A stretch of DNA of 64,000 bases, from the NCBI GenBank assembly GCA_951406725.2, contig OX597834.1:28520001-28584000 (forward strand), read 5' to 3'. The notes under the pieces were generated by a model that was not told where the DNA came from, did not search any database, and was given only the letters and a program-made list of their open reading frames with translations. The position numbers and the translations under genes are program-made. Below are positions 1 through 13,344 of this stretch, in pieces; within the stretch, counting starts at the first letter, position 1, and the number at the start of each line of letters is the position of its first letter. This DNA is from Octopus vulgaris (Eukaryota).

Positions 1-639
1 AAAGGAAATGGGAGGATAATGATGATCAGTAGGAGGAGAAGAAAGCAGGGGAAGGGTTGTGACGTAAAAGGGAGATGAAAGTGGGGAGAGGACAGTCATA
101 AGGCGAGAAGGATGGAAGGGGTGGAAGACTACGAAAGAAGGAGGACAAAAGAAGGAGGAAAGAAGTGGAGACGAGGAAGAGGAGGAGGAGGAGAAGAGAG
201 TAACAGTTATAAGGCGAGAAGAACCTAAAAAAAGAAGAGGAAAGAAAGGAGACAGAAGAGGGGGAGGAGGAGGAGAAGAAGAGAGTAACAGTTATAAGGC
301 GAGAAGAACCTAAAAAAAGAAGAGGAAAGAAAGGAGACAGAAGAGGGGGAGGAGGAGGAGGAGGAGAAGAAGAAGAAGAAGAAGAAGAAGAAGAAGAAGA
401 AGAAGAAGAAGAAGACATCATGAGCAAGAGAATGAGAATGAGAGTTATAAGGCAAGAAAAGCAGAAAGACAAGTAATGAATAAGGCGGGATTATTAGATG
501 ATAAATAAAGGAAAAGTTAATCCTTTCGTGAACTTTATAGTAATGTTTTGATTAGACAGAGAGAGGGAGTAAGAGAGAGACAGAGAGAAAAAGGGAGAGA
601 GGAGAAAATGAGAAAGAGAGAAGAGAGGGACAGAGAGAG

Positions 640-664
640 AGCGAGAGAGAACAGAGCGTGTAAC

Positions 665-711
<47 letters not shown>

Positions 712-721
712 CAGAGCGTGT

Positions 722-773
<52 letters not shown>

Positions 774-898
774 AGAGCGTATAATAGAGAGAGAGAGAGA
801 ACAGAGCGTGTAATAGAGAGAGAGAGAGAACAGAGCGTATAATAGAGAGAGAGAGAGAACAGAGCGTGTAATAGAGAGAGAGAGAGAACAGAGCATGT

Positions 899-932
<34 letters not shown>

Positions 933-944
933 AGAGCGTGTAAC

Positions 945-986
<42 letters not shown>

Positions 987-1160
987 AGAGCGTGTAACAG
1001 AGAGAGAGAGAAAGAGAGGGAGAGAGAGAGAGAGAGAACAGAGCGTATAATAGAGAGAGAGAGAGAACAGAGCGTGTAATAGAGAGAGAGAGAGAACAGA
1101 GCATGTAACAGAGAGAGAGAGAGAGAACAGAGCGTGTAACAGAGAGAGAGAGAGAGAGAG
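640..1160. repeat. Compound minisatellite: (GA)n tracts punctuated by ACAGAGCGTGTAAC / ACAGAGCGTATAAT
   Basis: The motif recurs more than 12 times between variable-length GA runs, inside a purine-rich block at 1-1430. The overlapping SLSL-type ORFs are artefacts. Confidence 0.9.
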
Positions 1161-1611
1161 GAAAAGAGGTGAGAGAATGAAAGAGAGAGAGGGGGAGGGA
1201 GGGAAAAAGAAGAAGAGAGAGTGAGAACAAAAATAGAGTGAAAGGAAGAGCGAAACATGAAAGAGAGCTGAATGAGAGAGAGAGAAGGAGAGGTTTTCAT
1301 AGCATGAAATAGTAGGACGACGACGACATTGATTGGCAGTTTTCAATATTGAAGGAGAAGGAGTAGGAGAAAAAGAGAGAGAGAGAGAGAAAGAGAGAGA
1401 AAGAGGAAAAGAGAGAGAAAGAGTAGTAGGTGTAAGTAGTGTGAGTGATGAAGGGGAGGAGGAAAGTGATGGTGTTGCTGGTTTGTATAGACTGATTGAC
1501 AGCAGACGATGAGAATATACAGACGAGCGGCAGACAGGTCAACATGGAAATATATAGAGAGAGACTAGGGTAAAACAGAGAGAGAGAGAGAGCAAGAGAG
1601 ATAGACAGGCA

Positions 1612-1616
1612 GACAA

Positions 1617-1673
<57 letters not shown>

Positions 1674-1829
1674 AAGATAGATAGATAGATAGACAGAGGC
1701 AAATAGCTTAGCTTGCTAGTTTAGCAAGCTTGTTTGATATAAAGATTGATTTGTAAGCTAGAAATGGATAGAAAGATGATAGACTCAATCGCACACACAC
1801 ATACACACACACTGATAGATAGATAAATT

Positions 1830-1910
<81 letters not shown>

Positions 1911-2033
1911 GAGAGTGTGTGTGAGCGTGAGGATGGTTCTCCAAACAGGTGGTACATACATACATACATACATACATACATACATACATACATACATACA
2001 TACATACATACATACATACATACATACATACAT
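1612..2033. repeat. (GATA)n and (TACA)n microsatellites
   Basis: Directly visible tetranucleotide runs at about 1612-1695, 1815-1900 and 1955-2033. Confidence 0.95.
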
Positions 2034-2625
2034 CTTTTAGTTATTTCACTTATCTGAGTGCGGCCAAACTGAGGCACCGCCTTGAAGAATTTCAGGTGGA
2101 CGAATCGACTTTTTAAAGCCTGGTGTTTATCCAGCGGTTTCACTTTTTCGAACCGCTAAGTTACTGTAACGCAAGCACGCCAGTACCGGTTGTTAAGCGC
2201 TGGTGGGGGACAAACTGCCCAACGTACCACATGCCTAACGTACCAACTGCCCAACGTACCACATGCCCAACGTGCCAACTGCCCAACGTACCACATGCCC
2301 AACGTATCAACTGCCCAACGTACCAACTGCCCAACGTACCACATGCCCAACGTGCCAACTGCCCAACGTACCACATGCCCAACGTATCAACTGCCCAACG
2401 TACCAACTGCCCAACGTACCACATGCCCAACGTGCCAACTGCCCAACGTACCACATGCCCAACGTACCAACTGCCCAACGTACCACGTGCCCAACGTACC
2501 ACGTGCCCAACGTGCCAACTGCCCAACGTACCACATGCCCAACGTATCAACTGCCCAACGTACCACATGCCCAACCCGGAACCATGTGGTTAGGAAGTAA
2601 CCTTCTTCACACACAGCAATGCCAG
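2034..2625 (-). mobile_element. Diverged SINE family A copy whose centre is replaced by a 16-bp tandem repeat
   Basis: 2034-2212 matches the reverse complement of the SINE A 3' half (gcaccgcctt, gaaccgctaag, cggttgttaagcg). 2572-2625 matches the reverse complement of the head (aacccggaaccatgtggtt). Confidence 0.8.
2213..2574. repeat. 16-bp minisatellite, about 22 units, (AACT/ACAT)GCCCAACGT(A/G)CC
   Basis: Directly visible tandem units in two alternating variants. Confidence 0.95.
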
Positions 2626-2640
2626 TATGTGTATATATAA

Positions 2641-2795
2641 TCTTTTATTCTTTTACTTGTTTCTGTCATTTGACTGCGGCCATGCTGTAGCACCGCGTTA
2701 AAGGGTTTTAGTCGGAGAAATCGACCCCAGGACTTATTCTTTGTAAACCTAGTACTTATTCTATCGGTGTCTTTTGCCAAACCGCTAAGTTACAG
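2641..2795 (-). mobile_element. SINE family A, 3' part
   Basis: Reverse complement of the family A tail (tcttttacttgtttctgtcatttgactgcggccatgctg...ccgctaagttac). Confidence 0.85.
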
Positions 2796-2811
2796 GCTAT
2801 ATGCAGTGGCG

Positions 2812-3080
2812 CCCTGTTCTGGGGAAAGCATAATTTTCAACATCAAAGTTTGGAGCAGATCCTTCCAGGATCTTCCAGATGTACACTGCATCATATCTTT
2901 CTTGCCTTCGTTCCAGGGACTAAAGTTTTAACCCTTTGAGTCTTTCCTAGTCGCTAATTTGCTGTATTGAGGCTATCTTCATTGTACATCATTGGACTTC
3001 TTCGAGTTCTGCTATTAATTCCGTGCTGTAGTGACCATAGTTGGGAGCAATAATCAAGACAAAACTTCCCTGTAGAGCCA
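2812..3080 (-). pseudogene. Degenerate CR1/Jockey-group LINE ORF2 C-terminal fragment
   Basis: The minus strand encodes LDYCSQLWS- and L..SLERRQERY..VYIWKILEG-like segments with stops. It is homologous to 51563-52020. Confidence 0.7.
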
Positions 3081-3698
3081 TAGTTGCTTGAGAGCAACGC
3101 GACGCTCGCGGTGCCATTCGCCCTTCCTCGGCCTCTTTTTGATCCACGACTGCAGTTCGGTCATGGAGACGAGTTGCGGGAAAGCGTGCCTCACAAACGG
3201 CGACCATACTTGTTCACCGTCGTCTACGTAGAGCCTGAGATGTCGCACCATCAACCACGGCATGCCCAGTCCTCCTTTTAACGGGTGTTGACAGCAAATG
3301 GATCGTCTGACCATCGGGACGCATCCTTTCCACAAGAAGCGAAAGAAAATGCGTTCTAGTTTGTTGATGGTAGGGTCGGGACAAGGCACGACGGTCAGGC
3401 GGTAGTAGATGACAAACGCGATGTACGAGTTCGCCACCTCCGCCCGACATTTTAGGGACAGTTTCCTCTCTGCCCATTGTCGGGCGAGAGTGACCACCCT
3501 ACTCGTTATCTCGTTCCAGTTTTTCTCCATTTGGAGGTCCGGACCAAACCAGACTCCGAGCAACTCGACCGGACCGTCGGTCCAGTGTCCCACGACGGAA
3601 GCGCTGGTGGACGGCATGGGCTTGCTTCTCCAGGTGCCGAGTCGGAAGCCCACTGATTTTTCCCGGTTGATTTTCGCTCCTGTCACCGCTTCGTAGTC

Positions 3699-3699
<1 letters not shown>
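3081..3699 (-). pseudogene. Tx1/L1-clade non-LTR retrotransposon ORF2 fragment (end of RT and thumb), 5'-truncated at a (GATA)n tract
   Basis: The translation YEAVTGAKINREKS...LLGVWFG...W..RKLSLKCRAEVAN...IYYRL...FFRFLWKG...KGGLGMP is typical of L1/Tx1 ORF2 after the RT core. GC content is raised relative to the flanks. Confidence 0.85.
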
Positions 3700-3753
<54 letters not shown>

Positions 3754-3889
3754 CGATTATGAGAGAATAAATTTCTTCCGTTCTTCTCTGGAGGCATAGT
3801 TTGGTGCTGTTCTTTTACACTGTTCGATAGACTAGCAGACAGACAGAGGGGCAGACAGACAGATAAACAGACAGACAGACAGAACACAC

Positions 3890-3943
<54 letters not shown>

Positions 3944-4159
3944 AACACTCACACACACACCCAGGTAGGTAGACGGATAGACAGACAGCACCAAAACTTT
4001 AAGTACACGTGTACGTGGTTTAGATGTAAACAGACTTTTACATGTGATATATGGGCACAGATTGACATGTGTGTGTGAATGTGTGTGTGTGTGTTTGTGT
4101 GTGCGTGCGTGTGCGTATGTGTGTGTGTGTGTATGTATGCATTACCGTGTAGGTGTGTG

Positions 4160-4207
<48 letters not shown>

Positions 4208-4297
4208 GAGAGAGAGAAAGAATGTGTGTACGTTGTGTGCGCATATGTATATATGTGTGTACCCAGAAATGTTTGTATGCATGGCTGTATGTATGTA

Positions 4298-4334
<37 letters not shown>

Positions 4335-4565
4335 TGTGTGTGTGTATGTGTGTGTTTATGTGCACGGGTGTCTGCATAGTGTAAGAGGTGTATATAAATA
4401 GAATAAAATCAATTCGATCGATTTAATAAGAGACGGGAAGGGTTTTATGAGCGAAGAAGAAAGACGAGTGAGAGGAGTGTAAGTAAGAGGGCGAAAGATG
4501 CGGAAGAAGTGGGAGTGGAGGAAAATAACGAGGGAGATAGATAGACAGACAGACAGACAGGCAGG

Positions 4566-4661
<96 letters not shown>

Positions 4662-4666
4662 CAAAC

Positions 4667-4728
<62 letters not shown>

Positions 4729-4739
4729 ATTGATAGATA

Positions 4740-4902
4740 TGTTTCTTTATTAGCCACACAGGGCTGCACACAGACAGGACAAATTACAAGGTAGAGCTTT
4801 TCTTTTTGGGGGTAAGAAAATGGGGGTTTGGTTTTCGATCAAAAGGGATCGTAAATGGAAAGAAAGAGGACAAAATAAGAGGGGATAAAATAAGATTAAA
4901 AA

Positions 4903-4905
<3 letters not shown>
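4740..4905 (-). mobile_element. 3' end of a (GATA)n-inserted retroelement (probable Tx1)
   Basis: The minus strand ends gcagccctgtgtggctaataaagaaaca and has (TATC)n on both sides. The same sequence occurs at 31665-31892 and 40460-40597. Confidence 0.75.
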
Positions 4906-4932
<27 letters not shown>

Positions 4933-4933
<1 letters not shown>

Positions 4934-4960
4934 TGTTTCTTTATTAGCCACACAGGGCTA
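4933..4960 (-). mobile_element. About 28-bp extreme 3' tip of the same element inside (GATA)n
   Basis: atgtttctttattagccacacagggct flanked by GATA repeats. Confidence 0.7.
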
Positions 4961-4973
4961 TAGATAGATAGAC

Positions 4974-5052
<79 letters not shown>

Positions 5053-5632
5053 GAGCGAGAGAGAGAGAGAGTGAGAAAGAGATAGAATTGTGATAGATAG
5101 AAGATTGATAGAGAGATAAATAGAAAGGCAGATAGGTAGATGGATAGTAAGACAGATACAGATGTAGATAAGTAAATATAAGATAGATAGATAGATAGAT
5201 AGATTGATAGAAAGATAGCTAGATAGACTGGTAGATAGATAGGTAAATTTGTATGTATTTATGTAAGTAGGTAAATATGTAGGTAGGTAGGTAGGTAGGT
5301 AGGTAGGTAGGTAAGTAGGTAGGTAGGTAGGTAGGTATGTAGGGAGGTAGGTAGGTAGGTAGGTGGATGAATGGATAGATAAATAGGTAGGTAGCTAGGT
5401 AAGTTCGTAAGTATGTATATATGTAGGTAGGTAGATAGGTAAATAGGTAGTCAGATAAATAGGTAGACAGACAGACAGACGGAGAGATCAATCAAAAAGG
5501 TCGATAAATAAATAGGCAGATGATAGATATGTCTATAGATAGATGAACAGTCAAAGAGACAGAGGTAAGGTTAAGAAAGATGTAACATTGGGAAATCAGA
5601 AAGCAATGATTAAATGGAAGAGAGAAAGAGAA

Positions 5633-5677
<45 letters not shown>

Positions 5678-5708
5678 TGTGTGTGTGTGCGCGCGTGCGC
5701 GAGCGTGC

Positions 5709-5744
<36 letters not shown>

Positions 5745-6114
5745 TAAAGAGGTGATAGAGATGAAGAATAATTGAAAGGAGGATGAGAAAGAGGAAAGGG
5801 AGAGTGGAGACAGAGGAGACAGAGAAAGGGAGAGTGAAGACAGAAAGGAGAGAAGGGTTTGAAAGAGGAGGAAAGAGAGAGAGGGAGAGCGATGAGTAGA
5901 GTGAGGAGAGGGAGTGAGTGAGTGAGAGGGAGAGTGGGAGAGGGAAAGATAGGGTGTGAAGGTGGGAGAGAGGAAGAGAGATGAAAGTTAAAACAGAAAG
6001 TGAGTAATAGACAAGAAGATGAAAGAAAGAAAGAAAGAAAGAAAGAAAGGCAACAGGAAAAGACGAAGATTATTTCTGAAGAGAAATATATGGTAGAAGT
6101 CAGAGTAATGCAGC

Positions 6115-6145
<31 letters not shown>

Positions 6146-6219
6146 AGAGGGAGAGGGAGAGGGGGAGAGTGCAAGAAAGAGAGAGAAAAAAAGAATAAAA
6201 GTTTGAAGAGAGGAGGGGT

Positions 6220-7250
6220 GGCAGACTAGAGAATGAGAAAAGACAGAGAAGAAGGAAAGAAAGACGGTAAGAAAGAAAGAACTAGAACAAGAAAAGGTTA
6301 AGTTACTTTCGAAGAGAAATATATTACAGGGAGCAGATAGAATAATGTAGTAGAAAGAGAGAGAAGGGGAGGGAGATCAAGAGAGAGGGTGATGGGTGTG
6401 AGGGAGTGAAGGGAGAGAGAGAGAAAGAAAGCAAGATGAAAGTTAAAATGGAATGAGTGACGACATGGTGACGAGAGAAAAAGAAGAAAGGTAGAAAGAA
6501 AGAAAAGAGGAAAAGACTAAGAGTTATTCATGAAGAGAAAAAGAGTAGTGTTTCTGAGAAAGAGAGAGGGGGGAGAGAGAGACAGACAGACACAGACAGA
6601 TAGGCAGACAGATAGGCAGACAGATAGGCAGACAGATAGGCAGACAGATTGAGAGAGACAGTATGAGAGGGAGGGAGAGAGAATAACGTAGAGAGGGAGG
6701 ATGGGTGTGAGGGAGTGAAGGGAGGGAGAGAGAGAAATAAAGCAAGATGAAAGTTAAAATGGAATGAGTGGCAGACGACATGGTGACGAGAGAAAAAGAA
6801 GAAAGGGTAGAAAGAAAGAAAGCAGGAAAAGACTAAGAGTTATTCATGAAGAGAAAAAGAGTAGTGTTTCTGAGAGAGAGAGGGGGGAGAGAGAGACAGA
6901 CAGACACAGACAGATAGGCAGACAGATTGAGAGAGACAGTGTGAGAGGGAGGGAGAGAGAATAACGTAGAGAGGGAGGATGGGTGTGAGGGAATGAAGGG
7001 AGAGAGAGAAATAAAGCAAGATGAAAGTTAAAATGGAATGAGTGGCAGACGACATGTTGACGAGAGAAAAAGAAGAAAGGTAGAAAGAAAGAAAAGAGGA
7101 AAAGACTAAGAGTTATTCATGAAGAGAAAAAGAGTAGTGTTTCTGAGAGAGAGAGAGAGAGAGAGAGAGGGGGGAGAGTGAGAGACAGACAGACACAGAC
7201 TGATAGGCAGACAGATTGAGAGAGACAGTGTGAGAGGGAGGGAGGGAGAG
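6220..7250. repeat. Purine-rich tandem segmental repeat of about 270-320 bp, 3-4 copies
   Basis: The anchor aagagttattcatgaagagaaaaagagtagtgtttctgag recurs near 6520, 6836 and 7108. A more diverged copy lies upstream. Confidence 0.85.
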
Positions 7251-7392
7251 AGACTGACAGACAGACAGACAGATAGACAGACATGCAGAGGAAAAGTGAG
7301 AGAGAGAAATAAAAAGGAAGGGTCGTTGAAAAAAAAAAATGACGTGAAGTCTCTCACACACACACATACACCCATACACTCTCACACACACA

Positions 7393-7433
<41 letters not shown>

Positions 7434-7808
7434 ACACACAGAGTCACACTAGCACATAAACAGGCAATCAGAGAGACAGAGGCATGTTTCTATCGTCTGC
7501 TTTTGTTCCTGTTTCAAGTCCTCTAATAAAGAAACGTTCCGCTGTTTAATTAAAATTAAGGTTGCACATTGAAAAATTTTTTGAAAAAGACGGCAGCAAT
7601 AATGATTGTGTGAAGTCACGTGATAAACCTCTACAAAAAGAGTTGCGTACTTTTATTACTCCACTTAGAGAACGAATTCTTAGAAACATTCATTCACTTT
7701 CCCTCCCCCCCTCCTCCTCCTCCTCATCATCATCAACTTCCACCACCACCACCACCGCCGCCACCACTACCACCACCACCAAAACCACCACCAGCACCAC
7801 CACTACTG

Positions 7809-7857
<49 letters not shown>

Positions 7858-8355
7858 CTCCTTCTCATCATTTTCTTCAACTTCCTCCTCCCCTTCTACT
7901 TCTTCATCTGGTGGTAGAAAATATAATGTAACAACTAAAACAAATGTTTCGATGTTAGGAATGTGTAACAGTTGGAAGAATCAACATGAACTTTGATGGT
8001 TAACAGCTCCAAGATTAAATCATCATCACCCACAACACACCAACAAGCTACATATGGCTAACAGAGCACTCTTTCAAGTATCACCTCTACCAGCACAACA
8101 GCTCGTTCCGTCATCATCACTAGGAAAACACCACAACACTTTCAAAATATGTTTGGAAATTGAGAGACGAAGAAGAGGCTACTAATATTTATAGGCATAT
8201 GCATTTAAAATTCAAGTAACCCTTGCCTTGTAGAGAAATTTTATATTAGTGCTTCCTAAACATTGTAACTCTCGCTCCTAGTTTTTACTAACACTTTTTC
8301 ACTCCACCTCCCAATTAGCAAATATAAACATACTTAGTATATGTTTGGTTTGCTT

Positions 8356-9570
8356 TGGAAACACCTAGCATCATATCATCATAATTTTGAAATATCTATA
8401 AAACCGTCAAAAGTTTGTTTATTTTTTATTTATTATTAGTGTTGCTTAATATGTTTTCGCTAAAATTGCAGTTTCTTTTCAGATATCATGAGAAAAAGGT
8501 AATTAAAATTCATTAAAATGACAGATCTATTGGACTTTCAAAGAGGTCAAATTGTTGGTGCTCGTATGGCAGGCGCTAGCGTAACGAAAACAGCCGAAAT
8601 GTTTAGTGTATCAAGAGGTACTGTCTCGAAAGTAATGACAGCCTTTGAGGAAGAGGGAAAACCTCCTCGTCGAAACAAAACCAAAACTTTCAGCTAGGGA
8701 CCGTCGAACTCTTACGCGAATTGTTAGAAAGGATCACAAAAGTACAGCTCCCAAAATTACTGTAGAGCTTAATGACCACCTCGAGAACCCAGTTACCACA
8801 AAAACTGTTCGACGGGAGCTGCGCAAAGCCGGATTTCACGGGAGGACTGCAACCAGAAAATCACCACTTTCAAAAACAAACGTTGCAAAGCGTTTAGAGT
8901 GGAGTAAAAACCTACAGAATTGGTCCCAAGAGCAGCGGACGAATGTTATTTTCTCGCACGAGTCATCCTTTACCTTAATTCCGACCATCGGCCGAATATA
9001 CGTGTGGAGACAACCCCCAAAAAGCATTTGACCCAGACTGCCTTCTTCCCACTGTTAAACATGGAGGAGGATCTGTGAGGCTCGGGGGGTGGAAATCCGC
9101 TGACCCAATGATTTCCTTTCACGGCAGAATTAATAGTCAAGACTATTTAAGAATTTCATCTGATCAAATTCATCCTATGGTTGCGGAACTGTTTCCGACG
9201 GGAAGCGCAATCTTTCAGGATGATAATGCACCAATTCACACGGCTAAAACTTGTTACTGAATGGCGCGAGGAACATTCTAGTGAAGTTGAACATCTTATC
9301 TAACCACCAGAGTCCCCATATCTCAATATTATTGAACATTTATGGTGCATTTTAGAAAAACAAGTAAAGTGTCGATATCATCCACCATCATCACTACAAG
9401 AACTGGAGCCTGTTTTAACTGAAGAATAGACAAAAATCCCTGTGGAAACAATCAAACTTTGTACGAGTCCATACCTCGTAGAATTCAAGCTGTAATCACT
9501 GCCAAGGGCAGTCCAACCCCATATTAACATAAATTTGTTTGAAATTTATAGGTGTTTCCATTATTTTATA
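8356..9570 (+). mobile_element. Tc1-family DNA transposon with decayed transposase (about 8518-9527)
   Basis: The N-terminus reads MTDLLDFQRGQIVGARMAGASVTKTAEMFSVSRGTVSKV. The catalytic motifs are IFS(H)ESSF, FQDDNAPIH and SPYLNIIEHLW, with frameshifts and stops. A residual inverted repeat remains: tggaaacaccta (8356-8367) / taggtgtttcca (9549-9560). Confidence 0.92.
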
Positions 9571-9584
9571 TGTATATGTAAAAA

Positions 9585-9722
9585 GTAAAAAATATATACA
9601 AACTGGGACAAGAACGTGAAACACCTAGAAGACGACACAAGAACCACAGGACGGGACATTCGAAGCCCTCAGTCATCAGTCAAGAACCGGATCATCTTCG
9701 CAATTTCGGCTGGTTAATCTTG
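9585..9722 (-). mobile_element. Short repeat terminus between TA-rich tracts, possibly Penelope-like
   Basis: It shares tgggacaagaacg.aaaca with 38330-38360, which is also embedded in (TA)n. The family assignment is an inference. Confidence 0.4.
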
Positions 9723-9763
<41 letters not shown>

Positions 9764-9774
9764 ATAAATACTTT

Positions 9775-10045
9775 CCCTTTTACTTGTTTCAGTCATTTGA
9801 CTGCGGCCATGCTGGAGCACCGCCTTTAGTCGAGCAAATCGACCCCAGGACTTATTCTTTGTAAGCCTAGTACTTATTCTGTCGGTCTCTTTTGCCGAAC
9901 TGCTATGTTACGTGGACGTAAACACACCAGCATCGGTTGTTAAGCGATGTTGAAGGGACACGCACACACACGCGCGCACACACACGCACGCACACACATA
10001 TACAACAGGCTTCTTTCAGTTCCAGTCTACCAAATACACTCACAC
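9775..10045 (-). mobile_element. SINE family A, partial
   Basis: High identity to the reverse complement of the family A 3' half plus the internal microsatellite. Confidence 0.9.
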
Positions 10046-10866
10046 ATGCATATATACATTACATTGTTATAGCAGTGATGGTGGTGGTGGTGGTGGTGGT
10101 GGTGGTTGTGGCGATGGAGTTTGATGCGTGCATCGATCAAAAGCACCAATGAGGGCGGAGGAACTGAAGGTAATATAAAGGTTAAGAAGAGGAAAATGGC
10201 TAAATGGAAAGTAAATAAATTTTAGAAGCAAAAAAAATTTCACCAAAAGCAAAAAGAAAAAAAAGAAACGACTAAATAATATAGTAAAGAAGAAGGCGCA
10301 GAGAAGAACAGGAGTAGCAGTAAGAGTAGAAAGAATATTAACAAACATGGAGTCAGTATTATGGCGAATTTATGATGTAAATAAATGGGTTTAGTAGAAT
10401 GAATTGTGTTCGTTTATTTAAGGTGAAGGTTGTTAAATTATGATGCAGGGTAAGCCGTGTAATCATTATCAGGTTATATTGAATTTTATAAATATTTATT
10501 GGTGCTACATTAAATTTTTTTTTATAGCTATAGATTTTATTGTAATCGAACCACAATTGATAGTTCTATATCTATCTATAGATGTTTTGTGGTTTTAGGT
10601 TAGTAGATTTTTTTTATGCTGTTAAGGGATGGGGTTTTTTTGCTTTTTTTAATTTTTTGCTTTTTTTCTTCTTCTTTGATATTAACGATGAATTAAATTT
10701 ATCGCTGGTGTGGTTGCGTTGTAAGAAGTTTCGCCTCCTGGCCATATGGTTCCGGGTTCAGTCCCACTACGTGGAACCCCTTGAGCCTGTGGCTTCTACT
10801 ATTGCCCCGGATCACACATATATGTATATGCATGTATGTATGCATGTATGTATGTGTGTGTGTGTG

Positions 10867-10937
<71 letters not shown>

Positions 10938-10942
<5 letters not shown>

Positions 10943-11152
10943 ATCCAAACATGAAAGCACAAAAAAACACAACAACGCGAGGACGTGGAACAAATATAGT
11001 ATTATTGGACGCTCAGGAAAGAAGGAAAGAAGGAGGGTTTAACGTTTCGAGCGGAGCTCTTCGTCGGAAATGTAGGAGAAGGAAAGATCCAGAGAAGGGA
11101 AGACAGAGGAAAAAAAATCGCCAACGGTACACACGCGGTCACATTTTGAATG
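10938..11152 (-). mobile_element. Penelope-like terminal fragment with a degenerate minimal hammerhead motif (11040-11067)
   Basis: The minus strand reads CCGACGA-A-GAGC-tcc-GCTC-GAAACGTTA. It abuts a long (TA)n tract. Confidence 0.6.
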
Positions 11153-11179
11153 ATCGGAAGGAAATGGGTATACATATAT

Positions 11180-11340
11180 TCTTTTATTCTTTAACTCGTT
11201 TCAGTCATTTGATTGCGGTCATGCTGGAGCACCGCTTTTAGTCGAGCAAATCGACACCAGGACTTATTCTTTAGGTGTCTTTTGTCGAAACGCTAGTTTA
11301 CGAGGACGAAAACACACCAGCATCGGTTGTCAAGCGATGA
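11180..11340 (-). mobile_element. SINE family A, 3' half
   Basis: Matches the family consensus seen in the other copies. Confidence 0.85.
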
Positions 11341-11379
11341 GTCCAACACCCCTAATGACTAAGCCACGCACCGTCACTA

Positions 11380-11562
11380 GTAGTTTTGAGGGAAGGTTGA
11401 TTACCTCGACCCCAGTACTCAATGATGCTTATTTTATCGACCTCGAAAAGAAGAAAAGCGAAGTCGACCTCGGCGGAATTTGAACTCAGAACGTAAAGAC
11501 GGACGAAATTGTCGCTAAACATTTTGTCCGGTGTGCTAACGATTTTGCCAGCTCGCCGCCTT
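11380..11562 (-). mobile_element. SINE family C, older subfamily
   Basis: gtcgacctcggcggaatttgaactcagaacg...gccagctcgccgcc, with an old-type tail. Confidence 0.8.
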
Positions 11563-11587
11563 GATTGCTACTAATACTAAAAATATT

Positions 11588-11977
11588 TACTCTTTTACTC
11601 TTTTACTTGTTTCAGTCATTTGACTGCGGCCATGCTGGAGCACCGCCTTTAGTCGAGCAAATCGACCCCGGGACCTATTCTTTGTAAGCCCAGTACTCGT
11701 TCTATCGGTCTCCTTTGCCGAACCGCCAAGTGACGAGGACGCAAACACACCAGCATCGGTTGTCAAGCAATGCTAGAGGGACAAACACAGACACACAAAC
11801 ATATACACACACATACATATATATATATATACACATATATACGACGGGCTTCTTTCAGTTTCCGTCTACCAAATCCACTCATAAGGCTTTGGTCGGCCCG
11901 AGGCTATAGCAGAAGACACTTGCCCAAGATGCCACGCAGTGGGACTGAACCCGGAACTATGTGGCTGGTTAGCAGCT
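11588..11977 (-). mobile_element. SINE family A, nearly full length
   Basis: It has the (CTCTTTTA)n tail, the 3' half, the internal microsatellite and most of the head. Confidence 0.92.
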
Positions 11978-12019
11978 TCAAATTTTGGCAGATGACCAAT
12001 AATTTCTATGTAGTGGATT

Positions 12020-12152
12020 AATGGATTACATCGACTCAAGTGCTCAACTGGTACTTATTCTTACCGTCCTCGAAAGGACGGAAAGAATAGTTGACCTCGG
12101 CAGAATTTGAACTCGGAACGTAAGGATGGACACGATTCCGCCAGCTCGCCAC
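12020..12152 (-). mobile_element. SINE family C, diverged partial copy
   Basis: gacctcggcagaatttgaactcggaacg...gccagctcgcc. Confidence 0.7.
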
Positions 12153-12589
12153 TTTAATTGTTACTAATTATAAAATATTGAAAACAAGCCAGCTTATCAC
12201 AATCGACATCCTTTCCCAATATTCATAACCAACGCCTAATACACATCATACAATATTTAACGAATCTATTACTTTAGAAAAAAAAAAAAAAAAGAGACGC
12301 CATTTTTTTTTTATTTCTCTAAGTGAGAAAATTTTCTAGAAAGATGAGAGGAGTATGAATAAACTTTCCCCCGCCTGTCAGCTATTTGCGGTGAATGGAT
12401 AACAATAAAACCATAGCAGTATTTCACTACCCCGGTGGCTTCTTGCGATTAAACAAAATATCATAGCCAGAAATACGAGTTTTACACCCTGAATGACAAT
12501 TCTCTTGACCAAAATATAAACACCTATACAACTGGCTTGAAAGGAGATAAAATTGAAATAAGGTACTCCCATATCGTAGTTTATTTATG

Positions 12590-12977
12590 GTGGAGGCGCA
12601 ATGGTCCAGTGGTTAGGGCAGCGGACTCGCGGTCGGAGGATCGCGGTTTCGATTCCCAGACCGGGCATTGTGAGTGTTTACTGAGCGAAAAACACCTAAA
12701 GCTCCACGAGGCTCCGGCAGGGGGTGGTGGTGAACCCTGCTGTACTCTTTCACAACAACTTTCTCTCACTCTTTCTTCCTGTTTCTCTTGTACCTGTATT
12801 TCAAGGGGCCAGCCTTGTCACATCCTGTGTGTCACGCTGAATCTCCCCGAGAACTACGTTAAGGGTACACGTGTCTGTGGAATGCTCAGCCTCTTGCACG
12901 TTAATATCACGAGCAAGCTGTTCCGTTGATCGTATCAGCTGGGACCCTCATCGTCGCAACCGACGGAGTGCTCCTAT
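12590..12977 (+). mobile_element. SINE family B, full length, 13-bp TSD
   Basis: The tRNA-like head has an A box (tggtccagtgg) and a B box (ggtttcgattcc). The TSD tagtttatttatg lies at 12577-12589 and 12978-12990. Confidence 0.92.
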
Positions 12978-13344
12978 TAGTTTATTTATGACAGTAAATT
13001 ATGAAATGTATAAAACTCCATTTGTAAAATAGGGATACGGTACTCTCACAACGTAGTTTATTTATAAATTTATGGTTTCAAATTTATTCCTGTATACTAT
13101 CATAATATAGTACATGCATAGAATCGTACATATCCCCTGTTATGCATTGTTTCTTTCTTGATGGGATGATAGACAACTCAATGAAGGCATTGTTATTGTT
13201 TTACGTGTTTATTTTGCTTAACCTGTTTAGCGAACTGTCAACATACAGCCGAGTGATACGCGTTGTGTGTATCCCCTTAGACGTAGCTCATACTGTTTAC
13301 TAACAAAATAGTGCCAATAGTGGGGATGTATTCTACATACGTAT

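Noticed and set aside
9655-9722. Minus-strand CTGATGA and CGAAA motifs
   Set aside because: Their order and stems do not assemble into a hammerhead, so it is not counted.
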